Shown: positions 29,259-38,203 of the stretch, in pieces
Layout: each line of letters starts with the position of its first letter
Position numbering within the stretch: the stretch's first letter is position 1
IMG/VR virus record: IMGVR_UViG_3300049186_000021
Coordinates: 1-57,237 of that record
From: a virus
Taxonomy: Duplodnaviria; Caudoviricetes
Strand: one strand, 5' to 3'
DNA length: 57,237 nucleotides
Position numbers and translations under genes: made by a program
The notes under the pieces: generated by a model
Seen by the model: the letters and a program-made list of their open reading frames with translations, nothing else
The model's database searches: none
What the model was told of the DNA's origin: nothing

Positions 29259-29636
29259 CTACTTGGCGAACGTGCCTTTCAGCATCCCCTTGCAGTCGCG
29301 CACGGCCATGCGATAATCCCCGGCCAGTTTGATGATCTCGTCGCCCTCGGCGAATTCGCTAACCTCGTGATCATTCCAGTGCCAGACACCGCCCGCTTGG
29401 CAGATGTTGCCCACCGGCAGATATTCATTGATGCGCGATTTGGTCGTCGCGGTGCGCCAGCCGCCCGTCCTGACCACGGTCCGGTCCTCATGAAATTCGA
29501 GGATGACCGTATTGTGCAGCCGCAGCCCGATGTAGAACTGGCCAGCCGCGTCTTGCAGCTTGATCAGGTGCGTATTGTTCCCGATCTTTTTGGAGTCCCG
29601 GCTTCCGAGTGTTTCGCGTGCTTCTGTAAATGTCAT
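29259..29636 (-). CDS. hypothetical early protein
   Basis: LHNTVI...TGGWRTATTKSRINEYL, a motif seen in small phage early proteins; ATG 6 nt after TAGTCT. Confidence 0.65.
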   Translation of the reverse strand: MTFTEARETLGSRDSKKIGNNTHLIKLQDAAGQFYIGLRLHNTVILEFHEDRTVVRTGGWRTATTKSRINEYLPVGNICQAGGVWHWNDHEVSEFAEGDEIIKLAGDYRMAVRDCKGMLKGTFAK

Positions 29637-29642
29637 GCCCAC

Positions 29643-29671
29643 AGACTACGCTGGAGCACGTTTAAACGCAA
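29643..29671 (-). promoter_or_regulatory. sigma70 early promoter with GTTTAAAC site
   Basis: TTGCGT-N17-TAGTCT-N6-ATG. Confidence 0.6.
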
Positions 29672-29898
29672 GAGGAAATTCTGCTGTCTATGGGCTAGGG
29701 GTTTCCCCTATCCCTCGCTACGCTCGGCCCCACCACTTGCATTTTTCCCACAGATATTTTTTACGCGCCAGCATCCCTTGCGTGATCTCAAGGTCACACA
29801 TCATGAGCCCAATCAACGCGGCTGCGTATCGATCATTTTCGTTCGCCCAATACTTACCGATGCACCAGCCAAAAAGGGCGCGGCAGATGAGTTGCCAT

Positions 29899-30189
29899 TT
29901 ACCAACGCGGTTCATATTTAAAATCTGGATTGCTGCGCACAAACTCTCTCGCGCACGTGCCGATGATCTCCTGACGCTTCCACAGCGCCAACAGATTTGA
30001 AGTAGGTAACGGATGCTGCGCGTATGGAAAATCTCGGCACGCGGACAGCCAACGAAAAACCAAATCAGTATAACTCTGCCGCGCAGCTTCGACTTCATCT
30101 TCGAATGCGCGCAGTGAGGTTTTGTGAAACGGACAGTTACACAAGCCCTCCGGGTGGCCGGTCACTTCGCACTTCATCTCGCGCCGCAC
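29899..30189 (-). CDS. hypothetical protein
   Basis: ORF on the coding strand with a Cys/His cluster. Confidence 0.45.
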   Translation of the reverse strand: MRREMKCEVTGHPEGLCNCPFHKTSLRAFEDEVEAARQSYTDLVFRWLSACRDFPYAQHPLPTSNLLALWKRQEIIGTCAREFVRSNPDFKYEPRW

Positions 30190-30524
30190 TCCCTGATATA
30201 CTCGCGCGTTTCCTCCACGGACATCTCGCGAAGATTGATCGACGATGGCAACTCAATCACAGGCTTGCCCTTGTCACGAAAAAATCCAATCTCCGCGAAC
30301 ACGCCAGCCGGGACTGACCCACCGGGCAGCGCCCGAAATGCGATTGCGTCACACGTGTCGGCAAACTGCCGGAAGTATTCCATGCCCAGCACCTTGTAAC
30401 CGTTGGCGCTCTCCGGGCAATTCGGATTGACCACTTCGAAGCCCAACTGTTGCAACGTTTCGATATCACGCTGCTCCTGCGGCGTGTCATAGATAGCGAT
30501 GCAGTGCGCGTAATAAATTCTCAT
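30174..30524 (-). CDS. second nucleoside-deoxyribosyltransferase-fold protein
   Basis: IYYAH...VVNPN...CDAIAF...AGVFAEIGFFRDKGKPV. Confidence 0.6.
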   Translation of the reverse strand: MRIYYAHCIAIYDTPQEQRDIETLQQLGFEVVNPNCPESANGYKVLGMEYFRQFADTCDAIAFRALPGGSVPAGVFAEIGFFRDKGKPVIELPSSINLREMSVEETREYIRECGAR

Positions 30525-30742
30525 ATCACGTCCACTGAAATGTTTTTGTTCACGGCGTAGAGCACCTGATCTTCGGTGATGCAATCACCCACGCGCGAAA
30601 ACACAGGGCCGTTATCCCAGCCGGTAGGAACCTGAAAACCGCATTCGATGCGCGTGATCTTGTAGACGTGTTTGTCTTTCAGAGGGATCGAATCAGTTTT
30701 GTGCCGATGATAGTAACCCAAATAATTGAGATGGACAATCAT
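30521..30742 (-). CDS. small hypothetical protein
   Basis: ATGA overlaps; RVGDCITEDQVLY motif. Confidence 0.5.
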   Translation of the reverse strand: MIVHLNYLGYYHRHKTDSIPLKDKHVYKITRIECGFQVPTGWDNGPVFSRVGDCITEDQVLYAVNKNISVDVI

Positions 30743-30948
30743 ATGTCGCGAGGGATGTAAATGTCTTTGAAGACGACCACGGTTTTGATGAGAGTGGCCT
30801 GCACTTCTTTCGGGAACGGCGCGAGCGCGTTCAGAATTTGATTGATCGCCCCTTGCTCCTTATCGAAGTCCCGAGGCGGCGGCGCTGGCGGTTCTGTCTT
30901 CACCTTGCGGCGCATCGGCGCGTTGGCTTGGTCGTAGGTTTCACTCAT
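30739..30948 (-). CDS. small hypothetical protein
   Basis: ATGA overlaps. Confidence 0.5.
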   Translation of the reverse strand: MSETYDQANAPMRRKVKTEPPAPPPRDFDKEQGAINQILNALAPFPKEVQATLIKTVVVFKDIYIPRDI

Positions 30949-31538
30949 ATCGGGAATAGTTGTCGGTCGATACTGTTGATCAGCTTTTGGGTCACTTCGA
31001 TGTGTTCGACAATCGCGGTCTCATAGGCACCCAGCGATTTTTCTACACATTGCAGCTTGGCGCTATCGAGAGCGCCTTTGAAGTCGCCCCACGCGGTCAA
31101 TAGCTCAGCGCGAGACACCCTACCGCGCGGCTTGCGCTTGTTGACTGGATCAATCGCTCCCTTGCCAATGAGCACGTTCTCAACGTAGACCAATTGGTCA
31201 CGCACTGCCACGTTGTTGAGCAGTTCGTAGCGCGCGGCTTCGATGCCGCAATGCAGATCAGTTTCGATGATCTCGCGGTCGGGCTTCCGGCGATACGGCC
31301 AGAAGTAAAGCGTCGCACAGTCGGCCATGCGGATGCACTTCTGTGGCTTCCCGTTCGCGATGTTCACTTGACGATCACCAAGGTAGAGACGCACGGTAAA
31401 CAATCCGCGAAAGTATGTGTATACATTGCGGATTGCCTCTTTCGATTGTAACAAGAGTTGTATTCGTTCTTCGGTGCTGCCCGTGGTCTGAAACTCTACC
31501 TTGTCCAGATTCAGGGTCGTAATCTTATAGTCAACCAT
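30945..31538 (-). CDS. hypothetical protein, first gene of the leftward arm
   Basis: preceded by TGGACG-N15-AGCACC. Confidence 0.6.
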   Translation of the reverse strand: MVDYKITTLNLDKVEFQTTGSTEERIQLLLQSKEAIRNVYTYFRGLFTVRLYLGDRQVNIANGKPQKCIRMADCATLYFWPYRRKPDREIIETDLHCGIEAARYELLNNVAVRDQLVYVENVLIGKGAIDPVNKRKPRGRVSRAELLTAWGDFKGALDSAKLQCVEKSLGAYETAIVEHIEVTQKLINSIDRQLFPI

Positions 31539-31727
31539 ACGCTAACAAGGTGCTGATCTATCTCGCTTTCGTCCACATTTATTTCACTGCGCTAACTTAG
31601 CGCCACGTGTCGAGATTGCACCCAGCTTTATTTTACCCAAGCGTGTGCCGATGGCTGGACGAACGGACGTAGAGGCAGAAGGTCAATGTTTATGGGCCTG
31701 ATCGCCGGATCGCCCGATTAAAGATCG

Positions 31728-31916
31728 ATACTTGCCCCTACCATGCCATACAACTTTCAACTCATAGGAACCAGTTTACAATAAACAACTTATTATTAAT
31801 TGGTATATGATAGTATTATTTATTTTTGGGCGCGTAGTATGGTATAGATTATTATTTGTTTATTGGAAAGTGGTCCATAAGAGTTGAAAGTGATAGGGCA
31901 TGGTAGGGGCAAGTAT
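31728..31916. repeat. 61-bp imperfect inverted repeat around a 67-bp AT-rich spacer; candidate origin or packaging site
   Basis: arms 31728-31788 and 31856-31916 match at 53/61 positions, outer 20 bp perfect; lies at the transcription strand switch. Confidence 0.85.
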
Positions 31917-32089
31917 TTATGAGTTGGCCGGGCTGTGACCGCATGGCACTCTTTTCGTGATGGCGAAGCCCGCGAAGAAACAGGACGACAATCGATTGTT
32001 TGCGAATAGCTCCGAAGCGATTCGTAAGTTGAATGCTCAGGCCCGCAAGGGTCTGCGTGAGGATGAGCGCCGCAAGTGGAAAGAACAGA

Positions 32090-32752
32090 ATGCCCGTAAT
32101 AACGATCCAGCAAATTGAGCAGGAGCTTGTCCTGCTTGATCGAGAGAATGCGTTCCTATTGTTCGCAGCGTTCTGCGGTGATGTGGAGCAGACCGCGCAC
32201 GCTTTGAATTTATCACCGGCCACGATTCTGAAGGTGGCCGAGGACGATGGATGGCTGACGAAACTGCGTAGCATCATCGAACTGAAGAAATCGAAACGCC
32301 CCGGTGATGTGGAGCGCGCGCTCAATCGGGCAATGAACTTTGTTCAAGCTCATCGCATGCGTCTTGTATGTGAGCGAATGATCAAGAAACTTTCTAACCT
32401 CACTGACGAACAACTCGAAGAATATTTGATGACCGGGCATTTGAAGGACGGCACCGCAGTGAGTAAGCTTAGCACGCGCGCACTCGCAGACCTTGCCAGC
32501 GCCATCGAGAAGGCTCAGGCGCTTTCATATCTCGCGCTCAATGATACCGCGCAAGAACGAATCAAACGCGACGAGCACGCGGACCCGCACAGTTCCGGTG
32601 GTGAATTGCACGCGCAGATCGCGAAGGCAATGTCAGAGGCGGGCTCATCGTTGCATCCTCGTGCGCAACTACTTGACGCGCAACTCGCACAGGCGCAAGA
32701 GGCGCACGCGAAGAAGTTGGTGCAGGATGTTCGGAATAGCGATGATCACTAA
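32090..32752 (+). CDS. putative terminase small subunit / HTH DNA-binding protein
   Basis: N-terminal HTH (TAHALNLSPATILKVAEDDGW), helical body, first gene of the rightward arm. Confidence 0.5.
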   Translation: MPVITIQQIEQELVLLDRENAFLLFAAFCGDVEQTAHALNLSPATILKVAEDDGWLTKLRSIIELKKSKRPGDVERALNRAMNFVQAHRMRLVCERMIKKLSNLTDEQLEEYLMTGHLKDGTAVSKLSTRALADLASAIEKAQALSYLALNDTAQERIKRDEHADPHSSGGELHAQIAKAMSEAGSSLHPRAQLLDAQLAQAQEAHAKKLVQDVRNSDDH

Positions 32753-33065
32753 CGAGTGCCTGATTCATAAAGTTTACTGTCTCGTTGATTCCGCTTCGCC
32801 TGAAGATTATCGTTATATCGGATCGACGAAGATGTCATTGAGTAAGCGATTGAGTTTGCATTGGCACTCTCGCCAAAATGAAAAGCTTACGCAGTGGATT
32901 GGGCAGGTGCGAAAAGCGGGTCGGCACGTTTTAATCCTTGAGCTTAAAGGAGGGATGACGTTGCAAGAAGCTCTTGATCTTGAAACGCGTTTGATTCGAA
33001 CGCTGTCCCGGCTTTGTTCTTTGTTCAATCGAAGAATGTTAGGCTCGTCTAACATTGTTAGTTGA
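32742..33065 (+). CDS. GIY-YIG endonuclease
   Basis: KVYCL...YRYIGST...KRLSLH...LETRLI...LFN. Confidence 0.8.
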   Translation: MITNECLIHKVYCLVDSASPEDYRYIGSTKMSLSKRLSLHWHSRQNEKLTQWIGQVRKAGRHVLILELKGGMTLQEALDLETRLIRTLSRLCSLFNRRMLGSSNIVS

Positions 33066-33394
33066 TACTAATCTTCTTAGTATCCCCAAAGACTGTTTGA
33101 TTAAGCGAAACTCTCCCGAGACGTGCCGAATAGTTGACTAGATGGTCAACTACTGTCCAGAGTTTACTGTCTCGGGCGCAGGAATCGTGCCATTTGTCAA
33201 ACTAACTGTAAATCCCCTGACAACGGGCGATCTGGCGAGCCGACAGGGACTTAGCAAGTATCGTGCCAGAGGGTCGGATCGCCAGCTTTTACGATAACGG
33301 CTTGGGGGTTTGGTCGACGCGCGCGCTCCGCTTAGTGACATCTTCGAGAAATAAAAAATTGACATCGAGGCTTCCCCGTTGGCACTGTTTCCGC

Positions 33395-33838
33395 GTGCAA
33401 CAAACAATGTATGAATTCGCAGAACAGGCTCGTTTAGACGAGATCACTTTTGATAAAGAAACTCGGTTGGCGTTGGACAAGCTGATTGTTGCGCTTCGGG
33501 CGCGCGGGTATAGGTCGCCAGAGCGCACCCTTGCTTTTCGCGCGATGCAACAGGCGCGGCATTGGCTGGGCGAAGACCTTGCCATCCTCGGCGCGCAACA
33601 TCCCTACCCGAACGGCAATAATCCGGCCAACACGATTGTGGACCCTCCCGCCGACACGGCGAACAGGCGAGCCGACGTTTTGGCGCAACTCCAGAAAGAT
33701 TTGGACGCGCAGATCAAGAACAAGCCGTTGCAACTCGCAGCCGATGGGAAAGTCACCGGCATCGGCAGCACCAACGACGACATTCGTCCTCAAGGGACTA
33801 ATCGTCACGTTCATGATCTTCCGAGTCCGAGATGCTGA
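33395..33838 (+). CDS. hypothetical protein (probably leaderless)
   Basis: TTGACA-N16-GGCACT-N8-GTG. Confidence 0.55.
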   Translation: MQQTMYEFAEQARLDEITFDKETRLALDKLIVALRARGYRSPERTLAFRAMQQARHWLGEDLAILGAQHPYPNGNNPANTIVDPPADTANRRADVLAQLQKDLDAQIKNKPLQLAADGKVTGIGSTNDDIRPQGTNRHVHDLPSPRC

Positions 33839-33878
33839 AAGCCGCGTTCTAAGTCGGCGTAGTTTACGTCACAAAGTT

Positions 33879-34499
33879 ATGACACGAGACAAAGTTTACA
33901 CGGAGATCGACCGAGAGCGGGCTTATCAGAAGTCTCTACCGCACACTGACGGCACTGAGACTTGCTCTAAGTCGGTGGGCGACTACATAAACCTGCTCGG
34001 CTATTACGCGGAGAAGGCGCGCAGCGCATGGGTCGAGAACATGGAGAACGAGCCCGTGTGCCATATGATCCGAAAACTTGCCGCTTGCGCTGTTGCCTGT
34101 TTGGAGGCACACGAGTGCCCTCCCCGTATGGTTCGGGGCTGGATTTTTCCTCTGCCCAATGACGAGCAGACGAACCGGCGATCAGACATTACGACGATCA
34201 CGCTGGAGTCGATGAGCAAGGCCGGAGGGCATGAGTTGTTTCGGTGGCGTGCCGAGTTGTCGTGTGGTGCGCGGTATTTCAGCCCTCAGTTTCTTTTGCA
34301 GCATGACGCGCTTCAATGGCGGATTGAACATCCTGACATTGAGAAGGATTGGCGACTTGCTGCTTTCGTCAAAGTCAATGAGGGGATGCGTGACGAAGCT
34401 GAAGCCTTGGCAAGCACGGGTAGTCCAAAGCCGGGCTGGATGGAAGCAGAGCCCCCTTCGCAGGACGCCAAATCGCCCGACTGTCAGGCCACGTCATGA
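33879..34499 (+). CDS. protein with an N-terminal MazG-like all-alpha NTP-pyrophosphatase-type domain
   Basis: EIDRERAYQ...IRKLAACAVACLE pattern. Confidence 0.45.
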   Translation: MTRDKVYTEIDRERAYQKSLPHTDGTETCSKSVGDYINLLGYYAEKARSAWVENMENEPVCHMIRKLAACAVACLEAHECPPRMVRGWIFPLPNDEQTNRRSDITTITLESMSKAGGHELFRWRAELSCGARYFSPQFLLQHDALQWRIEHPDIEKDWRLAAFVKVNEGMRDEAEALASTGSPKPGWMEAEPPSQDAKSPDCQATS

Positions 34500-34962
34500 T
34501 TGTGATTCTGCTCATGGCCGCGCTGTGGGTGCTGTGCATCCTTGCGGCTAACCACTGTTTAAACGACAAGGACGATGAATGAAGACTCTCACCCAAGCCT
34601 ACGCCCAATGGAAACGAAAAGTTCTGCTGCCCAATGACGAGCGCCAGTTGAAGGTGCTCGAAGCGTGGGAAGCCTTCTTGGCTGAAACGGAGCCCGGAAA
34701 GCTCGGGACGGAAATGATCGACGCGTTCGAAACGTTGTGGGAAGCGACGCTCGAATGAGAATCGGCGGCACTGTCATTGAAGTTGAGCTTATCCGCACGC
34801 GATATGGTTATCTCGGCGCGACTATCGGGTGGCCTATACCGACGCTTTTCCCCGGCGCGCGGCCCGGCTTGCCAGTTTCATTCATCACCTACTTGCATGT
34901 GTGCTTCCTCTTGTTCGAGTTTCGCGTGATGATCGGCTTCCGGGTGCCGAAGGAAGTGGAAC

Positions 34963-35469
34963 GTGGCCTGTAATCCTGATTGCCAGCGCGAGTGCTGCAA
35001 CGGTTCGGCCCGTGTTTGCGGCTGCGAGGTTTACGAAATCTGCACGGTTTGCGACCCGGAGCGTTACAAGTATCAGGTCGCGATGCGTGGCCTTGAAGGA
35101 GTCCAAAGCCTTATGGGAGATCAGCACAAAGTTTCGGTCGGCCCGGTCAAGACTCATCTGCTGCGGCCTGAGCATCATCGGTTTACGTGGTGCGGCATCG
35201 ACAGCGTTTTATTTGACGAGTGCGTGACGCGGAACCCTGAGATCGTCACGTGCAAACACTGCAAGCGCCGTCACGCGCCGTGGTATTGGAAGCTCACCTA
35301 TATTTTTCGTCTGCTGGCCGTGCCGCTGGCCGTGCTCGGTTTGGTGGGCGCTTACTGCACCGAAATCTCGGAGTGGGTCGCCCGGCACACGTGGGCTCCC
35401 TTGCGGAAGCGGAAATCTCCGCATGATCCGGGCTCCGTCCGTCGAAGGTTTTTTCAAAATTTCCTTTGA
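34963..35469 (+). CDS. Cys-rich protein with a C-terminal transmembrane segment
   Basis: multiple CxxC motifs; LLAVPLAVLGLVGAY. Confidence 0.45.
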   Translation: MACNPDCQRECCNGSARVCGCEVYEICTVCDPERYKYQVAMRGLEGVQSLMGDQHKVSVGPVKTHLLRPEHHRFTWCGIDSVLFDECVTRNPEIVTCKHCKRRHAPWYWKLTYIFRLLAVPLAVLGLVGAYCTEISEWVARHTWAPLRKRKSPHDPGSVRRRFFQNFL

Positions 35470-35494
35470 CACCAATTGGTGTCAACGGCACTAT
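35466..35494 (+). promoter_or_regulatory. palindrome copy 5 and promoter of the large ncRNA
   Basis: TTGACACCAATTGGTGTCAA followed by CGGCACTAT. Confidence 0.8.
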
Positions 35495-36015
35495 ACTCTT
35501 GGAAGCGGGATACGCTGAGTGATCTGTCGAACCTGAGAAAAGCGAACGCCCGCATGAGATTGATCGGCTCCCCGATGTTACTCGTTAAAAGTTGGGTGGG
35601 AGCAAACGGCGGGCGACAAACCTCGCCGTAAGAATTTCGACGCGGTTGGACACTCGAAAGAGTGAGGTAAGCGTCGTTTGGTGCAATTTGGAGTCCAACG
35701 AAAGTTGGAGGGATCAAAAGATTCCTTGCACCAATAATTTGATGGGTGGTGTGCTGATATGGCCCTAATGTCGGCTTGAGTGCCGAGTAGTCGAAAGAGC
35801 CACCCGCCGTTGTTGGACCTGTAGTTTAGTGAATTGAAAACAGGGGTCGGTGTTGCCGCAAGGCCCGACGCCGGAGAGGGGTGAAAATACCCTTGGGTCC
35901 GCCTTGATCTTTGAAACGTGCGATAGTGATAAAAACCGGGCTTGTTCAATTGCATAACCGGTAACATGCCGAGGCATCGGAGATACCGGGTGATCCGGTT
36001 CGCGCGACCTTTTAT

Positions 36016-36092
<77 letters not shown>

Positions 36093-36314
36093 ATTTGTTT
36101 GAGTGACCGCACCAGTTCGGTAATATTCCGACAGAGATTCTAAATATCTCCCCAAAGTCATGAGACATGGCGTTGGCTAACGTGGCCGAGAGAAAGAATG
36201 GTAGCATTAACACGGGATCACTCAGTCTCGCGGTGAGTGAGATTAAGAGGGCACGCTGGAGATCGACTTCCGGCTTCGTGCTGAAACGTGGGTAGTCGCC
36301 CGGCTCTTGACAAA

Positions 36315-36347
36315 CGCACGAGGTAGCAACTCGTGCGATTATTTTTT
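36315..36347 (+). terminator. intrinsic terminator closing the ncRNA
   Basis: CGCACGAG/CTCGTGCG stem followed by ATTATTTTTT. Confidence 0.7.
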
Positions 36348-36711
36348 ACATGCGGCTTGAAAAAACTATCAGAGGCAAGCGTGGTGGCAAAGGGGCAACG
36401 ATCATGTCGTTGCTCGACGCGAACCCGGACGCGTGGAACGAGTATCTCACGCACCGCAGGATCAACGCGAGCGTTGCAATCCGGCGCATCGAACAACTCC
36501 GGGCCTCAAAAACTGCTCTCGTTGGTGGGCGCAAAGCTGAACTGTGACCGGTGCCTCAATCGCATTTACGCTCCAAATTACTACACTCTTAGGGGTCCAT
36601 ACCTTTCAATTGCTCGGCCCGGCGAGCACCGCATTTGCTCTGCTTGCATGCTTAGTGATCCTCTCTTTTCCGGTTGACGACGACTTCCGATATTAGCACT
36701 TTTACCTTGTT

Positions 36712-36840
36712 ATGGTAATCGTTGCATTCGTTGCTGGTGTTGTCGTTGGAACCGTGGTCTCCTACCTGTTCTTCCGCGCCAACAAGAACAAGAAAGCCGC
36801 TGTTGATGCGTTCGTCGATAAGACGCGCGCCCGGCTGTAA
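36712..36840 (+). CDS. 42-aa single-transmembrane protein (not in the ORF track)
   Basis: MVIVAFVAGVVVGTVVSYLFFRANKNKK...; own promoter TTGACG-N15-AGCACT and own terminator. Confidence 0.65.
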   Translation: MVIVAFVAGVVVGTVVSYLFFRANKNKKAAVDAFVDKTRARL

Positions 36841-36848
36841 ACCTCACT

Positions 36849-36878
36849 GGGGGTTGCCTTCACGGGCAGCCCCCTTTT
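36849..36878 (+). terminator. intrinsic terminator
   Basis: GGGGGTTGCC/GGCAGCCCCC followed by TTTT. Confidence 0.75.
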
Positions 36879-36881
36879 GTT

Positions 36882-37100
36882 ATGAAGCTGCAAGAATTGA
36901 TTTGTGATAGGCAGGGACGTTTCAGTCCGATTCTCGTGCATTTCCATCTTTGGACCGCCGCCGTGTTGACCATGTGGATCATCGCGTGCGTTAAAGCGGG
37001 CACGCTAGTCGGGATCGACGCGTCTCTGATCGCGGTGCTGGGGCTTAACGGGGGGACCATTCTTGGTTTTCGTGTGGCCGAAAGGAATGAAAAGGTATGA
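36882..37100 (+). CDS. small two-transmembrane protein (holin-like)
   Basis: two hydrophobic segments and a charged C-terminus. Confidence 0.5.
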   Translation: MKLQELICDRQGRFSPILVHFHLWTAAVLTMWIIACVKAGTLVGIDASLIAVLGLNGGTILGFRVAERNEKV

Positions 37101-37975
37101 GTCGTTTAAACACCTTTCGGTATTACGTCGTCGGCGCGGTCCTGTTGTTCTGCGTCGCGTTTCTCGTGGGCAGTCATTTGCCGATTCTCGAAAAGAAGCA
37201 CCGGGATTATGGCAAGGAACAACTCGCGACGGTGATCCTCCGGGACGCCGAAGGAACGGGCTCCGGTGCCGTGGTGCGACGCACGAATTCGCAAGGCAAC
37301 ACACGGCTGTTTATCTGGACGGCGGCGCATGTCGTTTCCGCCAGCGATGAAGTGGTCGTCGAAACCAAAGTGCGAAACGAGTATCGCAAAGTCGGCACAG
37401 TGTCATTCAAGGCTCGCGTGATCATGCGCGCGCCCGCCGAGGACATCGCGCTGTTGTGGCTCGACGCTCCTGAAGGATTTTTCAACTACGTGCAGTTCGA
37501 CGACGTTGGGCAGCGCGACATCGGTGCGGAGGTTTTCCATGTCGGGAATTTTCTCGGGTCGATGGACGACTCAGTGTCGTGGGGTCGCGTTTCGCAACAG
37601 GGGGTTGACGGCGGTAACATCTGGAGATCAATCGATCAGGCCGACATGGTGATTCTGCCGGGCAGTTCCGGGGGTCCATTGTTTTCGCATGACTCTCGCA
37701 GAATCCTTGGCATCGTCGTGGGCTGGCCGCGTCAGCCGGGCGTGTGTTTTTACGTGCCGCTCAGAACCATTCGGGGAGTGGCGTTCCGGGATAGCGTTTA
37801 TTGGGCCGTTTACGGGGATTTCAGCCCCGAGGATTCGGCACTTGACAAACTCGTGGAAAAGAGTAAGCTTCCAAAGAATGAATCCGTGCCTGCGACCAAG
37901 CCAGAGCCGCCCGAGAGCAAGAAATCGGTGGAGCCTAAGAAGTCTCTGCGCCGGTTTACTTTCAAGGGTTGGTGA
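37097..37975 (+). CDS. membrane-anchored trypsin-like serine protease
   Basis: GSGAVV, TAAHVV, EDIALL, PGSSGGPLF; N-terminal transmembrane segment. Confidence 0.9.
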   Translation: MSRLNTFRYYVVGAVLLFCVAFLVGSHLPILEKKHRDYGKEQLATVILRDAEGTGSGAVVRRTNSQGNTRLFIWTAAHVVSASDEVVVETKVRNEYRKVGTVSFKARVIMRAPAEDIALLWLDAPEGFFNYVQFDDVGQRDIGAEVFHVGNFLGSMDDSVSWGRVSQQGVDGGNIWRSIDQADMVILPGSSGGPLFSHDSRRILGIVVGWPRQPGVCFYVPLRTIRGVAFRDSVYWAVYGDFSPEDSALDKLVEKSKLPKNESVPATKPEPPESKKSVEPKKSLRRFTFKGW

Positions 37976-37985
37976 ATATTTGGGC

Positions 37986-38014
37986 TTGACTTGGGTGCGG
38001 CCTTCTGGTATACT
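37986..38014 (+). promoter_or_regulatory. near-consensus sigma70 promoter upstream of a small ORF (38026-38202) and the recombinase
   Basis: TTGACT-N17-TATACT. Confidence 0.7.
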
Positions 38015-38203
38015 TATCCCTGTAAATGAGCACCCTAGTAACGATGGTCCAGCCGTCTCAGAACGGCTTTGCGGTTGCGGTCTATGTGGACCGCAACGAA
38101 CGAAAAGTGGTCGGGCACAAAATCACGCCCACGCGTCACTCCCGCCGATGGTGGGAAGCGCGCGGGTTTCTTTGGAAGCGCCCGCCTCATTACTGGAACT
38201 GAC

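Noticed and set aside
31188-31199. GACCAATTGGTC as an eighth palindrome copy
   Set aside because: Only the 8-bp core CCAATTGG matches; the TGACA arms are absent.
32742-33065. Intron-encoded homing endonuclease
   Set aside because: Flanking genes appear uninterrupted and no intron core was recognised; treated as free-standing.
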